A DNA stretch of 64,000 nucleotides from positions 7,826-71,825 of IMG/VR virus record IMGVR_UViG_3300042402_002687; one strand, 5' to 3'. Below, piece after piece: positions 21,201 to 29,795 of the stretch. Below the pieces are notes generated by a model. The model ran no database searches. It saw nothing but the letters and a program-made list of their open reading frames with translations, and was not told the DNA's origin. Position 1 is the stretch's first letter; each line of letters opens with the position of its first letter. Source of the DNA: a virus. A program made the translations under genes and the position numbers.

Positions 21201-24200
21201 ACCACCGGTAAGATGTTCTCTTCTTTGCCTTTCCAAATCAGCAATAGCATCGTCTACGGCTGGTTTTAGGTTTAGAAGATACTCATCAGAAAGTCTCATG
21301 TATTCAAGATGATCAAGTAAACTCATTCTTCTTGCCGCTTCGAAATTTGTCATTTCTCCATTAATTTGTTCTTCGACACTTATTGATCTTTTAAGCTCTG
21401 CAATAAGACCTACATCTTCTGCTTTAGGCTTTGGTTTTTCTGTCTTTTGACCAAGACCAGATGCCTCGTATAGAGCTTCTTGAAATTTAGTAGTAACTTT
21501 ATTGTCAAACCCAAGACTCGACAAACCAATTTTCCCAACTCCTGTTTGCATTAAATATGCAATTTGATCAATTTTTTTAATATTTCCAATTAGGGCAAGA
21601 TCTGGATTGAAACTCTTTGCGTTCTTATCTGTAGAAGGTTTTACTGTCTTTAAAAGATCTAAAACAAATTGTATAGCAGAATTTTGATCTGTAAACACAA
21701 ACTCAACTTCATCGGCAACCCTTGCCATTTCCTGAAATACTGGAGGAAGTGCTATGTCAAATTGTTTTGCCATATTTCTAATTACATCACCTGTAAGACG
21801 CATTCTCTTTTGACCTGGAGTAGTCCTACTCTCCCCAATCTCCGAAAGATCCTTGTGATATGTTTTAAACCCAAATTCTTTGAGTTCTCTCAAAGTTGAT
21901 TTCTTGAATGTCTCTAAAGCATCATCGATTGAGACGCTTGCATTTTTAGCAATTTGAACCATATTGTTGCTAACTTCACGCATAAACTCTTCTGGTTCAA
22001 GATTAACTACGCCACGAACAATTTTCTTACTTGCATCTTCAAAAATTGATTCAGAAAATGCAGTATTACCAATTTGATCAAGTTGTGTTAATGCTGTTTT
22101 AAAATTCTCTATTTCAGCGTATAACTGGTCAATACCCAATTCATATTGCGTAATTTGCTCAGCAATTTGTCCATATTTTAGCAATGGTGTAGGGGTGGTA
22201 GCCAAGGCTTTGGTTTTACCAACTATGGCTGTCTTGGCTTGCCTAATTGATTTTCTTCTTTCTTCAATACTGTCACTTATTCTTTGAGCAGCTACTATAA
22301 CCATATCTATTGATGTAAAAGAATCAGACATCAAAGCACTATCTACGGCTTGGCCTCTAATTATTTTTCTTATTAATTCAACTTCTTTTTGATGTTTTGC
22401 ATTATATTCATTTAATTCTTGAATATTTCTTTGATTAAGTTGGGTAAGTTCTTCAAATCCAGATTCTGTTGAGTATGTAGCAACTTCTTTCAACAGTCCA
22501 CTTTGAATTCCTCTCCTCAAGATGGCCATCAAGCCAGAGAATTTTTTCATTTCAACACTTAGCTCAGCAAGAACATTTATCCTTTGTCTTTCAAGAGATT
22601 TCTTTAGTTCAATCTCTGCTTGAAGTATTGTTTCAAATTCTTGTCTTGCATTCTCAAGCATTGTCTCATCAGAAACAATTCTTGGCGGAGTTGCTGAGTC
22701 TTGCATAGAAGTAAGTTGTTCCTTAAGCCCTACCAATTCAGCCGATTTATCTCCATCAATAAGTTTCCTCTGAGCATTGATAGCATCCCTCTTTGAAGCA
22801 TTAACAGCTAGTTTTTCTTTAATCTCAGCAATTTCCTTGCTTATACCCTCAGTGGCTCGCTTCTTAGCCTCTGGGGAATTCATGGATTTCAAGGACTGTA
22901 GCATTTCAGAAAGAGTTATCTCTTTTCTGCGAAGCTCGTTAAATAAAGTATTGTCGGATTTCTGTTCTTCAGAAGAATACTCACGGAGCAGTTTATCCAA
23001 GATATCTCTTGCATTATTTAATTCATTCACTTTATCAGCAATGGCTTGAGCATTTTCTTGAGCATACTTTTGAGCTTTCTCAAGATTGGTAGCGTAATCA
23101 GTTTTCTGTTTAGAAACATTTTCTTCAATTATTTCAACTTTATTTACTCTCAGTCCTTTTATTACTTGTGATTGTGTAAAAATATCATCTTTCAAACCAC
23201 TTGCAACATCTTCCATTTTTTTTGAACTTTCTCTCAACGATTTTGCTCTGTCAAGCACAGATGGCATTAATTGACCTATATTGACAGATGCAGCTGACCC
23301 AATGTTTACTACAAGATTCTCTAATCTTTTCTTTTCTAATTCCAAATTTTTTACGGTATCTTGCATCTGTTTTAGTGTTGTTGTTATTTCATTACCACTG
23401 CTATCTACAGATACAACTTCTTCTAAACCAGACTCTTTAAGTTTTTTTATTTTTTCTTTTGTTGCTTGTAATGAACTTGTTACCCAGTCAAGTGCGTTAT
23501 TCTTTTCATCAGCATCTGCATCATACTCTTCCATAAGTTCCAAAAATTCAAGATGCAACGCACTATTTGCCTCATCAGCTTTTTCTTGTTTATCTTCAAT
23601 GTTTAAAAATGAAGACGCTCTTCCTATTGCAGTACCACCAAGACTGGTCTTGATGTTTGCGACTCTTCCTGTAACACTTATAACTCTTTGAGATAAGCCA
23701 GCAACATTCTCACCTTCAATATTGATAGTATCTGAGACAGAGGTTGACAGTTTAATCATAGCTGTTTGCAAATTAACTACTTGACTAAGTAGGAGTTCTA
23801 TTTGACTCTTATTTTCACCAGTTGCATCCTTGCTTTGTATTTGTAAAGCTCCAATAAGAACTGTAAAGAATTCTCTCAAATCTTTTGAAACACCGAGTTT
23901 TAGATTATTAATTCTATTTTCAAGATCTATTATTGCCGATGCCGAATCATCGTTATTTTGAGCCTTATCAAGAGCAATACGAATTTTATTTATGCTATCC
24001 GACAATGCTGCTGGTGTGATATCACCCATTGATGGTATTTGAGCAATAATTGCACTTATGTTAAAACTTCCTGGTTTGAATGATATACCTTTTGTTGTTT
24101 TAATTAAATCAACAGTATTTTTTATAGCAGTATCTTTTATTAAAGTAAGTGAGTCAACTTCTGCTTCTCTAAACAGATCTCTTCTTTGTTCTAATGTTTT

Positions 24201-27200
24201 TAAGATTTCTGAAATAAAATTATCGTATGTCTCTATTACACCGCCAGCACTTAAATCTTTTTGATTAATTTGAGTAAACTTACTTGGGTCAAATCCTTCA
24301 CCTAACAAGTCTGCAGAAGCAATTGCATCTTGAGTTATTGATGTGATTCTTTCCTGAACTTTCTCTATGGAGCTTAGATCAATGGCTTTTATAACCGTAG
24401 TGTTCTTAATACCTTGAGCAGTCTTTTTGCCAGTATTAGTTATAACTTCTTCAAGTTTGTCCTCTTCAGCATTTTGAACAATCTCTGAAGAGTTGTTGGA
24501 AGCATTTTCAGTCTTCTTAGAACCACCACTATTTCCTGCACGACCACCACTTTTCTTTACAGCATCTTCTGCGTCTTGACCCTTCTCGTCAACAACATCA
24601 GCAAGTGTTTCATCAGTAGCTAAAGCGACATCATCCGTCACTTGAGATACAGCATCGTCTACGGCTGGCGAGCCTCTTGTTGCATTCGCCTTTCCACCCT
24701 TTGGTTGCATTTTTTCTTTAATTTCATCAAGGGTTATTTTCATCTTATTTTCATCTTTTTCAAGAGCGTTCATGATATTTTGACTTATGTTGGTAGGTGC
24801 CCTTTTACCAACTTTCAATCCAAGAAGATCTGCAATAATTTTACGCTGGTATGCCTTAAGACCTAGAAGACCTTCAAGCGTAGGATTCATTGCTACATCC
24901 AAAATCTTTTGTGCGTTTTCTTCCATTTTTTTAATAGATTTTGTAAGTTCATCTGCTGGGTTTTTTGCTGGCTTTATTGGCTTATCTGGCTCGGCAACAA
25001 TGCCACCTATTTCAGCAATAATTACATTAGATTGGTCTGTTAAATCTTCAAGTTTTTGTTGCTGCTCTTCAATTACATCATCAATAACAATAGATGCATT
25101 GGAAGCGCTTGCGGCAGCATTTCCTGCAGCATTGCTTGGTGCAGGTTGAGAAGGCTTTGACCCCTGTGAAGGTTGTGGTGCTGGAGTAGGTTGTGGAGCA
25201 GGGGCTGGTGCTGGCTGTGGTGTAGGAGCGGGAGCAGGTTGTGGTGTTGGCTGAGGTGTGACTGGTGGCATTGTTACAGTATTTTGTAAATCAATTAATC
25301 TTTGAGTAAATAAGTCTTCTATATTCTGAAGCAAATCAACAAGACGGCTTTGAAGATTGTTTGGATCCCAATCTTGCGTTATTGTTTGAAGATCCACAGC
25401 AAGATCAATAGCTTGGTCTGCAATATCTTCTGTAAATTTATCAATACCATTAACTAATTTTTCAAGTTCCATAGCCATCTTGTCAAGATCGGCTTGTACA
25501 CCCTGATCTAGTTCGTCACGAATATCATCAATTATTTGTTGATAATTTTGTGTAGCAGATACTCTCTTAGAAGGCTTACCCCCCGCTCCTCCGGGACCTG
25601 TTCCTCCACCAGAACCTCCGCCAGAACCTCCGCCAGAGCCTCCGCCAGAGCCTCCGCCAGAGCCTCCGGAACCTGTTCCCTTTGGTGGATTAACTCGATT
25701 TGTACTAAACCCATTCATTCTTAATAATTCAAGGAATGCTTCAGCAATTCCTGTTCCAATAGCTGCTGCTTCTGTTTTTATATTAGTAATAATATTTCCG
25801 AATTCGTCATATGTTTCTTTCCTATAACCTTCAGAAACTGATAAATCTCCTGCACTATCAAACCCAGCCTTAACGGATTCTTTATAACCTGGCATAAGAC
25901 CTTCAAAGTTTGCTTGTCGTTTATCAACACCAAGTGATTTGAATATCTTATCTGCCGTTCTCTTCTGGAAGAATCCACCAGTAGACAAAGCCATTGCTTT
26001 TTCAAGTTGCTGGAATTCTTTTAGAGTAGCTTTCAAAAAGAATTTATTACCAATCTGAGCTAAACCTCCACGCATTTTGAATAATGCGGCATTGGAACGA
26101 ATCATGGATTCTGAAACTTCAATTGCCTGTGTTTTTAATTTACCAAATGCATTCATTCCACGAATTGAAGCAAATGCAGATCTCAGTTGAAATACCGCAC
26201 CCATAATTTTCATTACCGGACCAATAGCAGCAAATAGTGCCAACCCAATTGCAAAAATCATCTTTCCAACTGGTCCAATTTTTTTAAGAATATTTGATAT
26301 AAATTCAAGAATAGGGACTAGCGCTTTTAATACTTCACTAACAATTGGAACAATTTGTCTTCCGATTCCTTTAATAATTTCTCTTGCTCTGTTATACCGT
26401 GTCTCTGCAGTTTCAAGAGAGGCCGCAACTTCTTGCAGGAATTTTCTTTGAGCCTCAGAACCTTCAGTACCTCCCTGAGCAGCAACAATCAATGCACGAC
26501 CTGATTCTGTTGATATTTGAGCTACAACATCCGCCCCCGCCTGCGCTTGCTCTCTGAGGTAGTTGGCAAATTCGGATCTACCCGCAGTGAACGCAGCAGC
26601 AACCTTTTCATCCTTGCTTGATGCCAATTCAACGGCCGCTGATAAGTCTTCAAACTTCTTAACTTGGAATTTACTATATTCGTCTCCAAGACCAGCGGTA
26701 TTCTTTCTTATATACTCTGAAAATTTATCAGCAATTTCTCTTTCTATAGAACCTTGTCTATCAAGAGCATCTTGGAACTGAGCAAGGTTCTGAATTGCGA
26801 CTTCCATTCTTGGACCCTGACGCACTCCAAAAAGATTTGAGAACATTTCCATGGTTCCCTGCTCACCCTTCGATTCTTTAAGGTAGTTATAAGAGTCTGC
26901 AAGTTTTTGAATTGTTTCAATACCGACACCTGCTTCGATTGTAAAATCTTTATTATTCTGTCTAAAACCATCAATTAATTGACTGTTTTCTTTTGTTAAG
27001 TCAACAAGTCTTTGTAGAGATACTTTAACCGAGTTGGCAGATGCTCCAACTTGGAAACCAGCAGCAACCATTGGAACCATCAATGAAGCAGCTTCACCCA
27101 TTGAAAGACCAAAAGAGGTTGCCGATGCTGTCAATTCAGGGAAGCCTTTTGCCAAGTTATTTAGAGACAAAGATGTTTTGTTTTCAAGTTGGTTAAACAT

Positions 27201-28214
27201 TGCTAATTGAGCAGTTACTTCCTTCAACGCTTCATCTGCAGTAACATCTTTGCCCAAGTCTCTATTCACCCTCATCACTGTTTGATAAATTGATTGAATG
27301 AATGCTTGTGATTCTCCAATATCAACATTACCCAACTTCTCAGTTGCTGCAGTTAAATCAACCAAGCTCGAAAGAGCACCTATTGAGCTAATTCCTAATT
27401 CAGCATAATCGCCTACAAGACCTTGTACGAGTTCCCTGGAAATACCGTATTTGAAACTTATATCGTCAAGAGTTTTGGTAAGTTTCTCCATTGCTCCATT
27501 AACGGTATACAATTGCTGCACTTGACCATCAATAACCATTGAATAACTCTTGCCATCTTTTGCCAATGATGCCCCAGTAGTCCTGACAACTTCATCTATG
27601 GTCTTGTAAGAGTCTCCAATAAGTTTTGTTGTACGAACTGTTTGAACTTCCAATCTCTTGAATGTGCTAAATGCAGATCTTGCAAATGCGATTATTGGAG
27701 CGGATACTGAAAGAGATAACCTCGTTCCGGACATGCTGTACTTGTTGGAAAGATCTGTTAAAGAAGCCGCTTGATTCTTATAGCTTTGTGCAAGAGAATA
27801 CTTTTGCAACTCCTTCTGCATAGCAAGTTGGCTATTAAGAGAATTTACTAGAGATTGAGATGCCGCAACTTGTTGTCTTGTCGCAGCCGCGCTTGCCGTT
27901 GATATAGCAGTAAAGCTATTTATATCTCTTTGCAGTCTTTCAACAGTGGCTGAGACATGCTTAAAGTGGTTGGCAAGAACTTGCTGGTTCTTTGAAAGGT
28001 TTGAAGTTGCTCTTGCATATGCAGATGAGGAACTGGTACCACTTGACAAAGCCTTATTTAAGGAATCAACTCCACTTTTTGTGGACATTGATGTTCTATT
28101 TAAATCATTTGTAATTCTTAGAATGTATTGAACAGAGTCACCCATAGACTCAATAGCCGCTTTTAGGCTGTTGTCAATAATAGTATCAATTTGAACTCTG
28201 CCTGTACTTGTCAT
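15219..28214 (-). CDS. Tape measure protein (4331 aa)
   Basis: Follows tail chaperones; TMP-like N-terminal region (ASANSVKVSLQRL, LFGVRQG), helical Ala/Leu/Lys-rich body, hydrophobic segments, C-terminal LHGGEFVI motif. Confidence 0.92.
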   Translation of the reverse strand: MTSTGRVQIDTIIDNSLKAAIESMGDSVQYILRITNDLNRTSMSTKSGVDSLNKALSSGTSSSSAYARATSNLSKNQQVLANHFKHVSATVERLQRDINSFTAISTASAAATRQQVAASQSLVNSLNSQLAMQKELQKYSLAQSYKNQAASLTDLSNKYSMSGTRLSLSVSAPIIAFARSAFSTFKRLEVQTVRTTKLIGDSYKTIDEVVRTTGASLAKDGKSYSMVIDGQVQQLYTVNGAMEKLTKTLDDISFKYGISRELVQGLVGDYAELGISSIGALSSLVDLTAATEKLGNVDIGESQAFIQSIYQTVMRVNRDLGKDVTADEALKEVTAQLAMFNQLENKTSLSLNNLAKGFPELTASATSFGLSMGEAASLMVPMVAAGFQVGASANSVKVSLQRLVDLTKENSQLIDGFRQNNKDFTIEAGVGIETIQKLADSYNYLKESKGEQGTMEMFSNLFGVRQGPRMEVAIQNLAQFQDALDRQGSIEREIADKFSEYIRKNTAGLGDEYSKFQVKKFEDLSAAVELASSKDEKVAAAFTAGRSEFANYLREQAQAGADVVAQISTESGRALIVAAQGGTEGSEAQRKFLQEVAASLETAETRYNRAREIIKGIGRQIVPIVSEVLKALVPILEFISNILKKIGPVGKMIFAIGLALFAAIGPVMKIMGAVFQLRSAFASIRGMNAFGKLKTQAIEVSESMIRSNAALFKMRGGLAQIGNKFFLKATLKEFQQLEKAMALSTGGFFQKRTADKIFKSLGVDKRQANFEGLMPGYKESVKAGFDSAGDLSVSEGYRKETYDEFGNIITNIKTEAAAIGTGIAEAFLELLRMNGFSTNRVNPPKGTGSGGSGGGSGGGSGGGSGGGSGGGTGPGGAGGKPSKRVSATQNYQQIIDDIRDELDQGVQADLDKMAMELEKLVNGIDKFTEDIADQAIDLAVDLQTITQDWDPNNLQSRLVDLLQNIEDLFTQRLIDLQNTVTMPPVTPQPTPQPAPAPTPQPAPAPAPQPTPAPQPSQGSKPSQPAPSNAAGNAAASASNASIVIDDVIEEQQQKLEDLTDQSNVIIAEIGGIVAEPDKPIKPAKNPADELTKSIKKMEENAQKILDVAMNPTLEGLLGLKAYQRKIIADLLGLKVGKRAPTNISQNIMNALEKDENKMKITLDEIKEKMQPKGGKANATRGSPAVDDAVSQVTDDVALATDETLADVVDEKGQDAEDAVKKSGGRAGNSGGSKKTENASNNSSEIVQNAEEDKLEEVITNTGKKTAQGIKNTTVIKAIDLSSIEKVQERITSITQDAIASADLLGEGFDPSKFTQINQKDLSAGGVIETYDNFISEILKTLEQRRDLFREAEVDSLTLIKDTAIKNTVDLIKTTKGISFKPGSFNISAIIAQIPSMGDITPAALSDSINKIRIALDKAQNNDDSASAIIDLENRINNLKLGVSKDLREFFTVLIGALQIQSKDATGENKSQIELLLSQVVNLQTAMIKLSTSVSDTINIEGENVAGLSQRVISVTGRVANIKTSLGGTAIGRASSFLNIEDKQEKADEANSALHLEFLELMEEYDADADEKNNALDWVTSSLQATKEKIKKLKESGLEEVVSVDSSGNEITTTLKQMQDTVKNLELEKKRLENLVVNIGSAASVNIGQLMPSVLDRAKSLRESSKKMEDVASGLKDDIFTQSQVIKGLRVNKVEIIEENVSKQKTDYATNLEKAQKYAQENAQAIADKVNELNNARDILDKLLREYSSEEQKSDNTLFNELRRKEITLSEMLQSLKSMNSPEAKKRATEGISKEIAEIKEKLAVNASKRDAINAQRKLIDGDKSAELVGLKEQLTSMQDSATPPRIVSDETMLENARQEFETILQAEIELKKSLERQRINVLAELSVEMKKFSGLMAILRRGIQSGLLKEVATYSTESGFEELTQLNQRNIQELNEYNAKHQKEVELIRKIIRGQAVDSALMSDSFTSIDMVIVAAQRISDSIEERRKSIRQAKTAIVGKTKALATTPTPLLKYGQIAEQITQYELGIDQLYAEIENFKTALTQLDQIGNTAFSESIFEDASKKIVRGVVNLEPEEFMREVSNNMVQIAKNASVSIDDALETFKKSTLRELKEFGFKTYHKDLSEIGESRTTPGQKRMRLTGDVIRNMAKQFDIALPPVFQEMARVADEVEFVFTDQNSAIQFVLDLLKTVKPSTDKNAKSFNPDLALIGNIKKIDQIAYLMQTGVGKIGLSSLGFDNKVTTKFQEALYEASGLGQKTEKPKPKAEDVGLIAELKRSISVEEQINGEMTNFEAARRMSLLDHLEYMRLSDEYLLNLKPAVDDAIADLERQRREHLTGGGDVNDDTSIKIEKEIKRLINKLAEKKREIDRLYTASDTIQKETIENIRNRIDRTKNSKTGRLDISTLSKEELYKRKAPNPYLTTRPEVISQGLSETRKSLLTATKALMSAEDPAEQSRLQSEIAQLQSIINQYKEEKRRIALTIVSGFEKQLEPIYKIPSELRSREEQSILSTGNQIKASIQRAYDIAEQQWEASGYDRDFATPPAEAAVSALMSAAKMVKALQEKLLTNALTSENIVRSLVPDQFGAIPFVPLSSLKQQPRSLSAAAGPDPLIGTVVEDLATKMFKNLGLVGEELARAVEGYVDTLILSKENLKGVALAPMADMKEQMVLLEKALSTLGLTLSQALSEPKVAYEKMRDNLINKDFTKIAKNDEFVKMFKDLALFANTVANSDVYDAIELTKERLIEAAKRTKKPTGGTQSQSSSQSQTPARSGLFGPGLDRQTQLKPLIVALVKEIKEVGFAMDLFERATEEELQLIAGYLLKGTKRENDRGRQVEVASRKAARYLEDSTRIIKEHFNNIVESADYVTLQAGFVPLPIMPKPKAQAEDKVKQAAEKLNDVSKKITDDFVNDLNMFNTAVTKATSGQIPMLEVPVIEEKITQVSNDISEYLANIAQLIIEAVNMPYDELVDLLNHLQGMPTDIRDQLSAATKLPFETMFEHIENLIIESVTEMADDAYDAILPVVNNTPAPSATLARTVAESIDYINQELSSFPQVKNYANIEDELQLLINKISTITEDELLSLQLALEKIMVDPSEIQNWTRIMGSNIQDIYDTISEQIKKLQTVVQNTTPPVIPATPQTGGGSTGGGAKPPVTPPAGGAGGGGPLYPTPTGAPIPVPTTLQKTYKTAAKLIEVLVKVHAHFAYAVLKILPFGITMWNIGKAAVGAAKGTFDFLKYLKQTGSEAKNAGTGWRGFLTALKNDGTRMFGEIRKSMMAKLGGGIKSGARGAGGGLSNQLNMGLSQGINMATMNMGTAGMIGGNLVEGLLRGLSAIPYVGKPAVAIIAGVTGSIALLSKTQKTWGSKSGDTLKNFKESWKKIKDIFKELLKPLEDFVGVLIGGTSTAVSGTDKARSKLESFSGWLNTTLTKVKVLVETKVAPAFRRFLAVVISVYRGFMAVFGGIFDVIGAKFDAAANKNKKRVEATGKATSASAGRPATQDDKDYNKEVADKQMEAAKKKLKAGIGQLTTAIGTMIKMLLTDLFIQIFKWAFQLLYNIVEIIPQLMLEAMRLTAKGIFIVIKLILKGILLIPKGITTALGKVIEWFGNLAGLISRIPGMGFLKGVAKGIKDFGKDISGTQINWFDGMLGAIDTAYDGVSDGIDGIIDATKRQIGSRSDMLDAPFNFLKNYSKKKFGKELSAITKDLLPEGAGKGLFSSVKNMLEQAFKNPETAKAAGEALKDALAAVKDAKIQATIEFNNSALDAVSGKLGEAVNKIKDELTEQLTAQKDASLKVFDDQIEAINALAEAEQALTATEAYETNRRKMIRENELRRQNNRKDRSLAIYEGRIDDARSLDLQELKDSQDFSEQLTDLDSGRQRELQSINRNNAIEIIKAQREAASKQFDQAIKDFEKYSEKLLENGTFTEEQFKDQVGKMLTEAGLTSTGIQTKFTELFTALPAKIQAGMDPITAQAGFFSTGLESLRTTAATKFGLATGVSDPNSILGITSGMLGGIGSSVSTAFAVGGPIQTSYGTGLDAVNAYVKGKTTGTGPETTSSIFTQAITDAAAKMVAEAKSKEASVAAAAAKLVTGINDELAKIQKDALSKAIAEAGAGGIAAMKKAIADAKETAAGAGDGSKTLYFVRPRKGGGAFFSVSEGEYNGKYKDSTQYIKYTQVISAFKGGSIPYANGGKMKYGMGGMMMYGEGGPTFGPMNMGIPATLHGGEFVIRKKAVDKYGLDMLNQMNKGIYAPKVPSLNIPMANYSKIANSGSSQQISTSESNHNYNFYVDNFIGETEWFNTMMKEYNVKVVPANQKQAGLESRVVKSYNGINRGL
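25603..25668. repeat. 12-bp tandem repeat (cctccgccagar, ~5 copies) encoding a GGGS linker in the TMP
   Basis: Directly visible tandem copies. Confidence 0.9.
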
Positions 28215-28260
28215 AATTATCTCTTATACATTATTACATACGCCTTTATGATAAAGCGAA

Positions 28261-28623
28261 TTATTCAATAGAATATCCAAGACCAAATGGAATAGAACTA
28301 ATTTCTTTAGCATCAGCCGGTCTTACTGGTTCTGGATCATACCAGTCATCATCAAAATCAACATCTGCACCTTGCGATGCGGCCATTACTTTCATTGTTG
28401 TGTTTGTATCATTAGCACAAGCTCTGTAAAGAAGAAACATCTCGTCTAAGGTGAGATTATATTCAAGATCTTCTATGCTTTTCCAAGCCCCAGTTTTTAC
28501 GAATATTTCGCATTCGTATTTGAGTAGCGGGATGTCCTCCCAAGAAAGAGGCTCACCACTCCCGCCCTCATCTGTTAGGAAGGGTCTGAACCCATTGCGG
28601 CAGACATAAGTTCGCCAAAGCAA
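28261..28623 (-). CDS. Tail assembly chaperone, frameshift extension (gpT-like)
   Basis: Open in the -1 frame across the end of 28575-28880; lies just before the TMP; no convincing own start. Confidence 0.75.
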   Translation of the reverse strand: MLWRTYVCRNGFRPFLTDEGGSGEPLSWEDIPLLKYECEIFVKTGAWKSIEDLEYNLTLDEMFLLYRACANDTNTTMKVMAASQGADVDFDDDWYDPEPVRPADAKEISSIPFGLGYSIE

Positions 28624-28880
28624 CGAAGGTCGAGAGCATCTTCAAGTGCCTCTCTATCTTCTGAAAGTTCAGGATCAACTGCAAGCAGTGCTACTGCTGC
28701 AGCCTCAACCATAACATCGATATCGTCATCATTAAGGTTGTCCTCCGTCTTCAGGTCTTTAACAATCTTCATAAACTTTCTCAAGTTACGAATTGTCAAA
28801 GGTCTAATTGTTCTCTTCTTACCATCAGCGAAGATGATTTCTGTGCCTAAAAATAGGTCTTTGTTTTTGTCTGTAGCCAC
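28575..28880 (-). CDS. Tail assembly chaperone (gpG-like)
   Basis: Between major tail gene and TMP; AAGGAG RBS; ends GAC CCT TCC TAA. Confidence 0.8.
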   Translation of the reverse strand: MATDKNKDLFLGTEIIFADGKKRTIRPLTIRNLRKFMKIVKDLKTEDNLNDDDIDVMVEAAAVALLAVDPELSEDREALEDALDLRCFGELMSAAMGSDPS

Positions 28881-28910
28881 TTTTTCTCCTTAGTGTTATG
28901 GGGATAGCAA

Positions 28911-28952
28911 AATCCCTAGAGTTTCAGTATAGCATACTGACCCTAGGGACTT
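28911..28952 (-). terminator. Hairpin/terminator after the major tail gene, overlapping an extended -10 element
   Basis: Minus strand GTCCCTAGGGT-CAGTAT-GCT-ATACTG-AA-ACTCTAGGGAT-TTT; contains TGCTATACT. Confidence 0.6.
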
Positions 28953-28980
28953 CACAAGATAATTAAGTTTTATTTATTGA

Positions 28981-29562
28981 TTAAGCGGTTTGATCGATGA
29001 TCTTGCCGTACTCATAACCAGAGTCTTCAACCTTTGGAAGAATTCTGAAACCGACAGCAAAGACGGATGCCTCTGCTCTCTTCATGGTTACATTCGATGC
29101 ATCCATTGAGATTGCTCTCTTTGTGTAGAATTTTCTGGTCTTAACTCCGCCAGCAGCAGAGTTTGGTGCTGTACCTGTGATTACAAGTGCCTTCTCGTAT
29201 GGGAATACGGTCTGTGCGCCAAACTTGAAAGTTTGGGTGTTCGCACCGTCAGCATTGTTCGTGATATCAGATCCACCAGTGTTCTGGTCATAGTTCCATG
29301 CGAGTGCAAGGTTGTTCAATGTTGCTTCTGCCAAGGTGGTCTTAACCATAACCTTAACTTTCGACTGAACGATTCTTGCAGCATCACCGTACTGATCAAT
29401 TTCGATATCAACCATGTCTGGCTCCCACGAAATCTCAACGCCATTTTGTGTAGCGCCGAGGTCCGAGAAAGCATCCATGCTTGCAATCGAGGTAGCATTG
29501 GCGGAATCGCCAAGCTTAAGTGTGGCCTCTCCGACCACGATGTTTGAGACATTAACTGCCAT
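28981..29562 (-). CDS. Major tail tube protein
   Basis: DLGATQNGVEISW...TTLAEATLNNLALAW; strong GGAGG RBS; position before the chaperones. Confidence 0.85.
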   Translation of the reverse strand: MAVNVSNIVVGEATLKLGDSANATSIASMDAFSDLGATQNGVEISWEPDMVDIEIDQYGDAARIVQSKVKVMVKTTLAEATLNNLALAWNYDQNTGGSDITNNADGANTQTFKFGAQTVFPYEKALVITGTAPNSAAGGVKTRKFYTKRAISMDASNVTMKRAEASVFAVGFRILPKVEDSGYEYGKIIDQTA

Positions 29563-29580
29563 TTTTAGTTCCTCCTAAAA

Positions 29581-29775
29581 TTATTCAAGGACAAAAATTC
29601 TTTTGCCCTTTTTATCACGCCATTTAGCGATCTTTTTTGTATGTTCTTGACTGATTTCATCTTTTCTTCTTCCGATTCCAAGACCTTTATTCCACTCAAA
29701 ATCATAGACTTTGTTTCCTATTTTAACAACATACCCCGGTAATTTACCGACATATGTAATAGTAGTATATTTCAT
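29581..29775 (-). CDS. Hypothetical basic protein
   Basis: ATG 5 nt after TATAAT (leaderless arrangement). Confidence 0.65.
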   Translation of the reverse strand: MKYTTITYVGKLPGYVVKIGNKVYDFEWNKGLGIGRRKDEISQEHTKKIAKWRDKKGKRIFVLE

Positions 29776-29795
29776 ATATTATTATACTACCATAC

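Noticed and set aside
25603-25668. 12-bp tandem repeat as a possible CRISPR or regulatory array
   Set aside because: No spacers; in frame and encodes a GGGS linker
15195-28131. Many 60-140-aa ORFs within the TMP, mostly on the plus strand
   Set aside because: Antisense or out-of-frame by-products of codon bias (Ser/Phe/Leu-rich, no RBS, no motifs)
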